Source of the DNA: a virus
Taxonomy: Duplodnaviria; Caudoviricetes
Virus record (IMG/VR): IMGVR_UViG_3300037852_000224
Coordinates: 1 to 58,934 of that record
Strand: one strand, 5' to 3'
Length of the DNA: 58,934 nucleotides
Below the pieces are notes generated by a model. That model was not told where the DNA came from. It ran no database searches and saw only the letters and a list, made by a program, of their open reading frames with translations. Positions 18,451-27,333 of this stretch are shown in pieces (position 1 is the stretch's first letter; each line of letters begins with the position of its first letter). Made by a program: the position numbers and the translations under genes.

Positions 18451-18806
18451 TTTGCCTCCGGCGGAGTTGGGTTAGCCGTGCCCGCGCCATTGGCGGGAGT
18501 CGGTTTAGCTTTACATTTCGGTTCAGGGCCGCTTAAATCCAGATCGAACCCAACACACATTGTATTTTCTACCGCCTTCTTAACCGCTGCGGCGCGTTCC
18601 ATTTCCCGCTGGGATTGCTGCACATCCACCTGGGCCTTTTGAACTTCAGCTTGAGCGTTATTGAAGTTCGCCGCCGCCCCGGCTAGATTGGCCGCCGCTT
18701 TCCAGTACTCCGCCCGTTGGGCATCGGTGAGCGCCGGTGGATCGTCTTTGGGACCTTCCGCAAACGCGGCGATACCAACTAAAAAACAGATCGTTAGATG
18801 TTTCAT
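18447..18806 (-). CDS. Secreted coiled-coil protein
   Basis: Signal peptide AFA-E; Ala/Gln helix; Cys pair. Confidence 0.6.
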   Translation of the reverse strand: MKHLTICFLVGIAAFAEGPKDDPPALTDAQRAEYWKAAANLAGAAANFNNAQAEVQKAQVDVQQSQREMERAAAVKKAVENTMCVGFDLDLSGPEPKCKAKPTPANGAGTANPTPPEAK

Positions 18807-19366
18807 GGTGTGTGTGTTATTCCTACCGCCACAGTCGAATTAATAGTCGCATTCGCCGTTACAATCGCAGCTTGCTGCGCCGCCACCAATGGACCGGGCT
18901 TGTTGACCATGGTGTTCTGAATCATCTGCTGAAGCAGCCCCACCAGCATGCACGTGCCATTCCCCGTTGCTGTAAAACTCACTGTCGCATCATTCGCATA
19001 TGTTGACTTGGTCGTGCCCACCGTGCCGCGCACCACGGTTAACGTGAATGGTGCGCTTGACCCGCTTATTGCAGTAATCAGCGACAATTCCCCACCGGGA
19101 AACTCCAACCCCATACACGTGGTAACGCCCAGGATGCTCTGAACCTGTATCGAAGTCTGAGCTGTAGTGGTGACCGCGGCGGCGAGCGTAGTGGGAGATG
19201 TTCCCGGCCCGACCGTGCTCGTAATGTTCGAAATCATGCTCGATACCGCTTCAGCCGACATGGTCACAGAAATGCTTGGGTCCGTGGCGACCGCCATCGT
19301 GAAGGTCACTTGACCAGATACTGCCCGCAGGCAGAACGAGGAAAGCAGCAAAAGGAAGATTTTCAT
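18803..19366 (-). CDS. Secreted structural protein
   Basis: Signal peptide; TTLAAAVTT...ELSLITAISG...LTVVRG beta module. Confidence 0.55.
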   Translation of the reverse strand: MKIFLLLLSSFCLRAVSGQVTFTMAVATDPSISVTMSAEAVSSMISNITSTVGPGTSPTTLAAAVTTTAQTSIQVQSILGVTTCMGLEFPGGELSLITAISGSSAPFTLTVVRGTVGTTKSTYANDATVSFTATGNGTCMLVGLLQQMIQNTMVNKPGPLVAAQQAAIVTANATINSTVAVGITHTP

Positions 19367-19375
19367 TGATAGCCC

Positions 19376-21610
19376 CTAATACCCAATACAGCTAAAATCG
19401 ATCACGTCGAACGTTCCCGCTGTCGCCGGAACCGTTAATGTTGCCGTGGTGGTTGAATAGGCCGAAAAGTACAGACCCGTGTTTCCGGCGGCTGTTGTTT
19501 CATCGTTGGCCTTACATCCCCAACCGTTCGGTGCGGTGATCCCCGTAGCTCCGTTCAGTGTGATGACCACATTGCAGGCATTCGCCCCAAGTGTGAAATT
19601 ACCCGCTGTCGCGCCGCCTACCGTAGTTCCTGCCGAGCAGCCCGAGATAGTGAATTTGGTAGTTCCTCCGCAGGGATTGCCAAGCGCCACTCTAGTCAGT
19701 TGCCAATTAGTGGCGTTGTAACAAGCGGTTCCGTCGCCTGCGCCTGTGGCTGCGACACCTGGGCCGGAAGAGGACCCATTCGCAATCTGAAACTGCGAAC
19801 CGCCTGGAGCTGATAATATCCAGCCACTCGTTATTCTAAACAATCCGTTGGAGGGCGCATTGAATCCGGCGAGAGTGCCACTGGTATTCGCACCCCCAAT
19901 ACCGAGAGCGCCATAACTTGACAACGTCATAGCGTCTGAAAACGCTTCCGTTCCAAGCGGGCCAATCGCAAACTGTAAGTGCATTACCGCTGTGGGAGAT
20001 GAGCTAGATGTAGGAATGCAGTACTGGCGGAAGCGAACGTAGTTGTCAGCGGGAGTTCCGCTCGTGTTCCATGCGTGGCCGTCTTGCTCCCAAGCAGGGC
20101 AATACTGCGCTGTTGCGCCACTAGTCGAGGGCGTTGTGTTATTCGCAAGCACTCTGGTGCTCGGCGTGGTTCCCAATCCCGTCGTAGAAACGGTAACCAC
20201 TCCCCCGCTCCCCGCATACGTAAACCCCGAATCACACGTCAGCTGCCCCGCCGTCCCGCTGGCATACGCGACTTGCCCCGATGTGCCGCCGCAACTTGTT
20301 ACTGGCGCGATGGCCGCGACCAGAGTGCCGTTGCTATTCGTCGCAACATACGGCGTAGCAGTTAACCCCGACAGCGTTAATCCTCCAGCCCCTGGGTCGG
20401 CTTCGCCACCAGTCCCTAGACCCAATCCACCGCCTGCAAACAATCGTAAGCGTTCGGCATTCACAGTTGCTCCGGAGGCCGTTACGCCAACCGTCACATA
20501 CGTTGAATGGTCGGATGTTGTCCAATTGTTCAACGCATAGATATTAAACACGCCATTGGCATTAGAAACAGCCGTTCCATCGTATCCACCCGCCTGCTCC
20601 GCCAGTATTTGCTCTCCTGCCTGTACCGCTGTGGGAGACGCCGAAGTACCATCGTAGCGGTGGTAGTTGATGACGGGGAGGGTGCCATACGCATCAAATG
20701 AAATCCTAGGTGGTGATGCGTTAGCGCCAACTAAATGCAGCAAGGTTCCAGCGGGAGGAGTTGGTAGAGTGCCGGAGTTTGTACTCAAGGTCAACATGTC
20801 ACTGGTGAGGAATGCTCCAGCGTCACAGGTTAACTGCCCCGTGGTGCCATTCTGGTAGTAAATCCCACCGGTTACCGCACAATTCACTGGACTGCCATTG
20901 ATCCCGGTGACTTTCCCGGTTACCGGGTTTGCGTCCCCACCGGATAGGAACATCTTGAACACCGACCCAGCGGAATTCTTAATCTCAGCGTCTAAATCCG
21001 TGCTGTCGATCCACGAATAGATGAATCCTGATGCCGGGTTTCCACTAGGCGCGGCCTGCGTTGGTACATACCCCGGCCCCGCGTCCACTGTTGCGGAACT
21101 TGTTGGCTGGGCGTTACTCCCATCCCAAAAGAATTGCTGCCGGGTGCACGCCGATGCAGTCGGTGATATTGTCACAGCCAAACTAAACCCAGTGGGCCAT
21201 GTAAAGGTCCTTCCACCCGTCCCATCTTGACACAGCTTGAAAGTGAGCAGTTCCCCGGTCGATGGAGTGGCGAGAGTCGAAGATGAGACATTCCCCGTCA
21301 ACGTAATCGTCCACTCATCCGCTGTATTCGATGTTGCCGTGAACGTAGGAGTAGACGAGAACGAAACACTATGGAACGCCGCCGCTCCGCCGCCTGAACC
21401 AGACGCGGTCATGGTCACAGTCCCACCCGATGCCGAACAAGTCAACCCCGTGGAGCAATTAACAATAATCCCTGCGCCAATCGGCGAGCTGGCTTGCTGA
21501 AATTGCGTCGGAGGGTTTGACACTTGCGCTACAACCGGCAGCGCCAGCGCCATCCCCACTACAATCGACAGGATTAATCTCAATCTCAATCTCAGTCTGT
21601 AGCTGACCAT
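19376..21610 (-). CDS. Large secreted fiber/spike-like protein
   Basis: Signal peptide VVA-Q; QDGTGGRTFTWP and ERLR fiber-type motifs; G/S/T-rich with Cys pairs. Confidence 0.7.
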   Translation of the reverse strand: MVSYRLRLRLRLILSIVVGMALALPVVAQVSNPPTQFQQASSPIGAGIIVNCSTGLTCSASGGTVTMTASGSGGGAAAFHSVSFSSTPTFTATSNTADEWTITLTGNVSSSTLATPSTGELLTFKLCQDGTGGRTFTWPTGFSLAVTISPTASACTRQQFFWDGSNAQPTSSATVDAGPGYVPTQAAPSGNPASGFIYSWIDSTDLDAEIKNSAGSVFKMFLSGGDANPVTGKVTGINGSPVNCAVTGGIYYQNGTTGQLTCDAGAFLTSDMLTLSTNSGTLPTPPAGTLLHLVGANASPPRISFDAYGTLPVINYHRYDGTSASPTAVQAGEQILAEQAGGYDGTAVSNANGVFNIYALNNWTTSDHSTYVTVGVTASGATVNAERLRLFAGGGLGLGTGGEADPGAGGLTLSGLTATPYVATNSNGTLVAAIAPVTSCGGTSGQVAYASGTAGQLTCDSGFTYAGSGGVVTVSTTGLGTTPSTRVLANNTTPSTSGATAQYCPAWEQDGHAWNTSGTPADNYVRFRQYCIPTSSSSPTAVMHLQFAIGPLGTEAFSDAMTLSSYGALGIGGANTSGTLAGFNAPSNGLFRITSGWILSAPGGSQFQIANGSSSGPGVAATGAGDGTACYNATNWQLTRVALGNPCGGTTKFTISGCSAGTTVGGATAGNFTLGANACNVVITLNGATGITAPNGWGCKANDETTAAGNTGLYFSAYSTTTATLTVPATAGTFDVIDFSCIGY

Positions 21611-22389
21611 TCTATCTTTGCTCCCACAGTCCCGACCACGTTAACCAGATTTACATTAGCAAGCTGAAAGCACGTGCTCTGCCCTGCCACCAGAGGCAAT
21701 CCGGTGGAACTCGTCACACCAGAAGGGCCGACGTACAATGTCGTGGTATTCCCAATGTCCGCCACCACACACACTTGCCGTGATGCCTGCGTACTCAACG
21801 CCGCTGCCGATCCCGTTACATTCTGCTGCCCCGTAACCAGTGTCGATAGCCCATACAGCGCCTCTTGCCACGGCACAGTGGATTGTGGAACCGGACATGG
21901 GTTAGGGCACCCCGACCCACTCCCTCCTCCCCCTCCCCCCGTCCCCCCCGTCTGCCCAGTCTTATACCCATACAACACCCCTTTGGTCTGCCCGCTACTC
22001 CCCATCACAACATTCACTCTCACCCACGGCGTATCCACCACTGTACCGGTCTGCAAATTACTAAACGTGGCAATCCCCGTGCCACTGAATACCGTGGTTC
22101 CGGTGTAGGTTCCATATGATGTGGGAGTGGCAACACCAACACTGCTCTGAAACGTCACTGTAGGACTTAAACTCGACTGCCATTCCAGCGTCCACGTCAC
22201 ACACCCAGCGGTGCGGTTATCGAACCCATTCCCCACTGGAAAATTGTATGTCGCCGCCGCCGCTCCCGCTCCGGTATCAAAAGGGATTAGGCAATCCGGT
22301 TGCGGTGGTTGTCCATTGACGTTTACGGCGTAAACTACGGCCACGGTGAGAATCAGGATGTAACGGAAATGTTTTATTGACGTTAACAT
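21592..22389 (-). CDS. Secreted two-domain beta protein with Gly linker
   Basis: Signal peptide; GGGGGGSGSG linker; NTTTLYVG...GLPLVAGQS beta domain. Confidence 0.6.
   Translation of the reverse strand: MLTSIKHFRYILILTVAVVYAVNVNGQPPQPDCLIPFDTGAGAAAATYNFPVGNGFDNRTAGCVTWTLEWQSSLSPTVTFQSSVGVATPTSYGTYTGTTVFSGTGIATFSNLQTGTVVDTPWVRVNVVMGSSGQTKGVLYGYKTGQTGGTGGGGGGSGSGCPNPCPVPQSTVPWQEALYGLSTLVTGQQNVTGSAAALSTQASRQVCVVADIGNTTTLYVGPSGVTSSTGLPLVAGQSTCFQLANVNLVNVVGTVGAKIEWSATD
22322..22334. promoter_or_regulatory. Palindrome TTTACGGCGTAAA (copy 3)
   Basis: Exact motif. Confidence 0.75.
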
Positions 22390-23687
22390 GGGATGCGGGC
22401 TACTCCTTTAAAAGTGAGCGTTACCGTGGGGCCGGTGCCGCTGAGAGGGGAACCTACAAAGTTAATAAAAGACTGCCCCGCTCCGGGGGAGATGAGGACG
22501 GCGCCGGGATCGTCGGTGAGTTGGTTGTAAACCTGCACCTTGGGCGTCCAGGAGCCGAAGGATGGACTGGTGGCGAGGTAGAGGATGGAGGAATCGCCTA
22601 CGGTGGTGTCACCGGGTTGAGCGGCAAACCAGAGCATGGAGACGATACCACTGGAGACGGAGATGGCACCGGCGATGATGTTGGCGTTGGCGGCGATGGC
22701 GCCGGGGTCTACGGCAGTGTCGATGGTCCAGACAGGGGCGGAGGAGGGGGAACCGTAGAGGACGATAGGGATGGGGAAAGTGCCGGTGGGATCGTAACCG
22801 GCGGCGGAGACGATGAGTTTACCGCCGGAGACGACGCCTTGGCCAATCCAGATTTCGTTTCCGCCGTAGGTGGGGAAGGTATGAGGCGAACCCAATACGT
22901 TGGCGGAGGAGAAGGATAGGTAGTAAGTGTTGGGGGTGTTATCGGATAGGAAAATGTGGCAGGTTTGCAAGATTGGATCGAAAACCAATTCCATCCAACT
23001 GTTACCCGCGTATACTCCCCCGGCGTTTTGACGTTGGAGGGTGTGGCCGCCAGTGAAGAATGAGGATACAGTCTGTGGTGCCCCCCAGACACCGGAAGCG
23101 TAAACCGCTACGTTGAGGACTGTATTGCTGCTGGTGGTGTAGAACGCCACTAGGGACCCATCGGCCCGTTTGACCAGAGCGGAGCATCCGGTGGTGGATG
23201 GGCCACCGGTGCCGTAGGCGGCCCCGAATGTGCCGGTTGAGAAATTGAAATCGACAAATTGAAGTGGAGAGAGGGCCAATTGGCTGGCGGGAGGATAGCA
23301 GACTGTGGCCGCCGGGGAAGCGCCGTCCCAGTACACACCGTAAAACCCGCCGCCGTTTAGGGCGAGAGTGCCGGTGATGGTGATGTGATCGGAGAGGGTC
23401 CAGGTGGAGCCGCCGTTGGAGGAGACGTAGACCTTAATAGCACTGGAACCGACTGCGATAGTTTGAAGAAATAGGAACAGCTTGCCGCCTACGGAGAATA
23501 GATGGATGTTGGCGTTGGCCGATTGGGAAGCGGACGTAGACGCGGATTTATCGATGAGGACGGGAGTGTAGGGTGGAGAACCACCAGTGGCCTTCATCCA
23601 AATGGTGGAGAATTGATAGCCAAACGGTTCTGATGTTGCTACACCGTCGAACACCAGATTAAACGGGATGCGGGAAGAGGATGGCAT
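22383..23687 (-). CDS. Beta-propeller protein (BNR/Asp-box), vertex or receptor-binding candidate
   Basis: YVSSNGGSTWT Asp-box-like motif; repeated W/F-G blade patterns. Confidence 0.6.
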   Translation of the reverse strand: MPSSSRIPFNLVFDGVATSEPFGYQFSTIWMKATGGSPPYTPVLIDKSASTSASQSANANIHLFSVGGKLFLFLQTIAVGSSAIKVYVSSNGGSTWTLSDHITITGTLALNGGGFYGVYWDGASPAATVCYPPASQLALSPLQFVDFNFSTGTFGAAYGTGGPSTTGCSALVKRADGSLVAFYTTSSNTVLNVAVYASGVWGAPQTVSSFFTGGHTLQRQNAGGVYAGNSWMELVFDPILQTCHIFLSDNTPNTYYLSFSSANVLGSPHTFPTYGGNEIWIGQGVVSGGKLIVSAAGYDPTGTFPIPIVLYGSPSSAPVWTIDTAVDPGAIAANANIIAGAISVSSGIVSMLWFAAQPGDTTVGDSSILYLATSPSFGSWTPKVQVYNQLTDDPGAVLISPGAGQSFINFVGSPLSGTGPTVTLTFKGVARIPC

Positions 23688-23697
23688 GCGTTCCAGT

Positions 23698-24363
23698 CTA
23701 CCGCGAGTAAAACCAGCCGCTTAATGATGCCACTACAGAGGCATCGGGGGCCAACACACCACGACCGGAGGCGAAGAAATCGGCGTAGACTGTGACGAGG
23801 TCGCCAGAGTACACACGGAGACTGGAATTGGGAGTGGGCACGGGGATGGTAAGTGACCCGATAGAGAATTGCACGTTGCCTAAGTCGCGGAGGAAACGTG
23901 GAGTGGCGATGGCGTCTGCCGCCACACGCCATGCTAAGGTACCGGAGCCTTCAATGAATCCAGTTGATCCACTGGTGCCGGGGGTGGTGCCTAGGACGAC
24001 TGTATCGATTACACCGTCGTAGCCGATGGGGACGGTGAATGATAATACCGCTACGAGTGTATCCCCTGCCACTGGCGGATTGGTGCCGACCAGGATGGAG
24101 TTAATCTCCCGGAATCGCCTGCCTGAATCCGGCATGGCGATGTAGGGTTTAAGGATGTACGGTTCTCTCCCACGGGGGCAGCAGATTTGATTGAGGCCGC
24201 CAGCCACAACCTCATCCCATAGGCATTTTTCCGCCTGTAGACACTGGTCGTACACATTACCAGGGGGACGATTGGAGATTCTTCCAATGTCCATGTAGGT
24301 GCGGACTTGCGGCGGGAGCACTGAAGTTCCGAATCCCGCGATGGTGTAAGGAAGTTGGGGCAT
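23698..24363 (-). CDS. Probable single jelly-roll structural protein
   Basis: LSFTVPIGYDGVI...GSLTIP...VYSGDLVTVYA...VASLSGWFY strand pattern. Confidence 0.5.
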   Translation of the reverse strand: MPQLPYTIAGFGTSVLPPQVRTYMDIGRISNRPPGNVYDQCLQAEKCLWDEVVAGGLNQICCPRGREPYILKPYIAMPDSGRRFREINSILVGTNPPVAGDTLVAVLSFTVPIGYDGVIDTVVLGTTPGTSGSTGFIEGSGTLAWRVAADAIATPRFLRDLGNVQFSIGSLTIPVPTPNSSLRVYSGDLVTVYADFFASGRGVLAPDASVVASLSGWFYSR

Positions 24364-24372
24364 GCGATTCCT

Positions 24373-24963
24373 TTAATAGTTGGGTCCACGCTTACCGTTG
24401 TGGTGGAAACCGGGGTTGCCATCGAATGCGTAAGGCTGTGGGCCGGGACGCGGCGCGGCGGTGAACAGGACCAATTGGACGGCTTGAGTGGAACTGGAAT
24501 TGTTGTAAATCTCCACGTTGACTAGTCCGGGGTCGGAGATTAACCGTGGCTGAGAGAGTAGGAACGGCGCCCGTTGAATTCCAGTGGGGGAAGCGCTGAA
24601 CAGTGACCCCAGGGCATAGTCGGAGAAGATGGGCGTTTCAGTGCACGCATCGGTGACTTGGATGTGGAAATTGGAGTTGGCGCCACCGGCTGTAATCACC
24701 GCGAGGAGCCAGCCGTACAAGTAGGAACCTGGGTCGATTGACAATTGCTGTTCCACTTGGGAGTACGCCGGGATGTCGCCGATGGGATTGTTGTTGGCCC
24801 CGCCGCCGGGGGAGGGGTTTTCAGGAGTGGGGACGACGTAAGCCTTGAACTGGTAGGAGCTGGCGAGACGCAGGGTCTCCATTTGAGCCAGCACGGACGC
24901 CCGATGAGAGATCGGGAGGAGCAGTTGGCTAAGGGAGTAAGTGAAACCGTCGATTGGGTCCAT
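24373..24963 (-). CDS. Probable single jelly-roll structural protein
   Basis: LSIDPGSYLYG..FHIQVTD..PFLLSQP..VEIYNNS..VQLVLF. Confidence 0.5.
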   Translation of the reverse strand: MDPIDGFTYSLSQLLLPISHRASVLAQMETLRLASSYQFKAYVVPTPENPSPGGGANNNPIGDIPAYSQVEQQLSIDPGSYLYGWLLAVITAGGANSNFHIQVTDACTETPIFSDYALGSLFSASPTGIQRAPFLLSQPRLISDPGLVNVEIYNNSSSTQAVQLVLFTAAPRPGPQPYAFDGNPGFHHNGKRGPNY

Positions 24964-24976
24964 GGTGGATTGTGGT

Positions 24977-25882
24977 TTATGGTATCAGGCTTAAAACGTC
25001 GAAACGGATAACGCTGTTGACTTTGTACGTAATTCCCGGCGAGGGAAAGAAATTAAGCGGATTATTGGCCGCGTTGACGTAATGGCACAGACGATTGCAA
25101 TTGACCGGGCCGTTCGACCGTGCCCGCCAATTGTTGTCGTAAAGTACCATTTGGAACTCCGGGTGGTTGGGGTCCTGTGAATTGGTCACTCCACCGGCAT
25201 TGGTGAAAGTGTATTCAATACGGCGGAGTTCAAAATCATTGTCCTGAATCGGGATGGTGAATTGGACTGGGCTACCTGGGCCTGTGGCGGTGGCGTCGGT
25301 GTTGAGAGTGAATGTGATGGAATAGGAGAAGTCCTCTTCCTTATACGCGTAGTCGCTGGGGGCAGGGTCAGAGACGGCGCTCATTTCACGACGAACCCCG
25401 TAGAAGGCCAGTTGCGACACTGGGGTGACAGCGGTCAAGTCCAGTGCCAACTGCACATTGGATAAGTCGAAGCGGAGAGCGGAGTTAAGGGGGAATTCCT
25501 TCTCCGGCAGTACCGCAGTGTTGGTGTTGGAATTGGAAAACACACTCACCGGCACGTCGAAAAACAACCGTGTGGATGCGTCGTAGATTTGAATCTTTCC
25601 CCAGGTGGATACCGCCCCGGCGCCGGACAGTGTGGAACTTGCCCCGCCCCATGCGCGGAGTACAAACCCACCATCCTGAATCTCAATGGGGATGTAAGCG
25701 TAGGATTGACCGTTGATTAATCCCTTCTGTCCTGGGTTGTAAACGTAGACGTAGAAATAATCTCCATACCCTTCCGGCGTTTTGTAATCGTACATCCCCG
25801 CGCTCCTTTTCACCGTTGCGTCCGAGAATGCGCATGGAATCCTCCGCACCCCCTTGAATATCAATGTGGCTGTGGCGGCCAT
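24977..25882 (-). CDS. Probable tandem (double) jelly-roll structural protein
   Basis: Internal duplication IEIQDGGFVLR / IPIQDNDFELR and NSALRFDL / NSVIRFDV. Confidence 0.55.
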   Translation of the reverse strand: MAATATLIFKGVRRIPCAFSDATVKRSAGMYDYKTPEGYGDYFYVYVYNPGQKGLINGQSYAYIPIEIQDGGFVLRAWGGASSTLSGAGAVSTWGKIQIYDASTRLFFDVPVSVFSNSNTNTAVLPEKEFPLNSALRFDLSNVQLALDLTAVTPVSQLAFYGVRREMSAVSDPAPSDYAYKEEDFSYSITFTLNTDATATGPGSPVQFTIPIQDNDFELRRIEYTFTNAGGVTNSQDPNHPEFQMVLYDNNWRARSNGPVNCNRLCHYVNAANNPLNFFPSPGITYKVNSVIRFDVLSLIP

Positions 25883-26296
25883 TTAGTATTTGTACCGGTT
25901 CGCTCCCAGGAATAGGATCTGCCCGCTGTTGGCGGCGCCACTTAGGTCTTGGATGTCGATGGTGATTCTCCCTCCGGCTGGGTACCACACTTCAGGGAAG
26001 TAGGGGTAGGGGTCGCCAGCGGAATTGGGCATGCACAGGGAGTTAATCAGCCCCGCGCTTAAAGCATATTGCTGACCATCGTAGAGACGGATTTGGAATC
26101 CCCCGGTGGAGGTGAACAATAAGCCACGGAACATAAAATCCGCGTCGGTCTGGATGCTCAATGTGTTGCCCAGGGATAGTTGATTGGATGTAAGTGAGAA
26201 AGAAAATGGGTAGCCGTAGGCCACGTCCAGATAGCCGGACGGAACGTTCGTGGGCATCGTGCCCTGGATGGCGGCGGGGGAAATCGGGTTGGTCAT
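25883..26296 (-). CDS. Probable single jelly-roll capsid/penton protein
   Basis: SIQTDADFMFRG..FQIRLYD..PEVWYPAGGRITIDIQD..QILFLGANR, paralogous to the halves of 24977-25882. Confidence 0.55.
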   Translation of the reverse strand: MTNPISPAAIQGTMPTNVPSGYLDVAYGYPFSFSLTSNQLSLGNTLSIQTDADFMFRGLLFTSTGGFQIRLYDGQQYALSAGLINSLCMPNSAGDPYPYFPEVWYPAGGRITIDIQDLSGAANSGQILFLGANRYKY

Positions 26297-26336
26297 TGCG
26301 TCTCCTCTTGGATGATGGAATGTCGATGTTGAATAT

Positions 26337-26526
26337 GCCGACCGGAGCGAGAGTTAGGCGGTGTGGCTACCCCTCGCCCCTGCCAGCGTTGCACGCATCA
26401 CTGGATGCCCATCCAAAACACCCAGTGGAGTGCAGATTGAGTCCCATGCCAAGGGGGAATAATCCCGGCACGGGGCTCAAACACAGGGGGATGAGTATAG
26501 AGGCCGAAACCACCATGCCCATCCCC
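26337..26526 (-). ncRNA. Structured intergenic RNA element with four consecutive hairpins
   Basis: Stems at 26487-26526, 26437-26480, 26390-26434 and 26337-26387; most mismatches become G-U pairs on the minus strand. Confidence 0.55.
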
Positions 26527-26537
26527 AATCGCGTGGT

Positions 26538-27215
26538 TTACTGGACGCCGCGAGCGTGCAGACCGTCGAGCAGCATGCGCAGAGTGGCGCCGGTGCCACC
26601 ACTGCCAGAGGCCGCGAGTACCGCCGCCGACCCGACCAATTGACCGAAGAACGACGCTTGGTTGTCGATCACGATGTTAATGGCGAGTTCATGCCGGTGT
26701 CCCTTGGCCGGTAGGCCGTTGGAATAAGCCGAAGTGGCGGAGGCAGTGGAGAATCCTGCGATTCCGGTACCGGAATTGTAGAACGGCACGGGTCCACGGT
26801 TGTAATACTTCTGGCCGATCCACAGTTCCAGTTCGAACGAAGTGGAGATCAGGATCGCGTCGGCAAGCAGAATGTTCGGCCACCAGTCGAAATTGATGCC
26901 CATAACGGCGAACGCTTCCGGCGCGTCCAATCGCTTGGGTGACGTTACGTTGGTGTACGCCAGATTCTTCGCGGCGGCGCTGCCACCAATCGGCGTGAGG
27001 TTCGCCGTCGGGTTGGTGAAGAATTGCGTGTTGTTCGCAACGGTTCCAGCGGCGGCGGTCTGTACGGTGTCGTACAAAGGCTCGTGCTGAACGTCCATTG
27101 CGTTAGCTTGGAACGTTGTGCCATTGAATTGGCTGTAGATCCACGCTTGTTGTTCGGAACTGATTTGCCCACCCGCAGACATCATCTGGGGAGTGGCGGT
27201 TGCACCTGCGGACAT
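26538..27215 (-). CDS. Candidate major capsid protein (single jelly-roll type)
   Basis: Strong AAGGAG SD, flanking stem-loops, first gene of the jelly-roll array, ends in LRMLLDGLHARGVQ strand. Confidence 0.55.
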   Translation of the reverse strand: MSAGATATPQMMSAGGQISSEQQAWIYSQFNGTTFQANAMDVQHEPLYDTVQTAAAGTVANNTQFFTNPTANLTPIGGSAAAKNLAYTNVTSPKRLDAPEAFAVMGINFDWWPNILLADAILISTSFELELWIGQKYYNRGPVPFYNSGTGIAGFSTASATSAYSNGLPAKGHRHELAINIVIDNQASFFGQLVGSAAVLAASGSGGTGATLRMLLDGLHARGVQ

Positions 27216-27254
27216 ATTATTCAAGTCTCCTTGTGGAATTTGGTTTCAACCTGC

Positions 27255-27295
27255 ACAGGGAGGGATGGGGACGAATCCCCACCGCGACTCCCTGC
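27255..27295 (-). promoter_or_regulatory. 5' stem-loop (GGGGA-UUCG-UCCCC) upstream of candidate MCP
   Basis: UUCG-loop hairpin nested within a longer stem. Confidence 0.5.
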
Positions 27296-27333
27296 ATGGA
27301 TTACTGAATGAATCGTGGACTGTGCGTCGTGTG

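Noticed and set aside
19376-21610. Tail fiber implying a tailed phage, or a DGR target
   Set aside because: No tail tube, tape measure, baseplate or reverse transcriptase genes were found, and the protein has a signal peptide.
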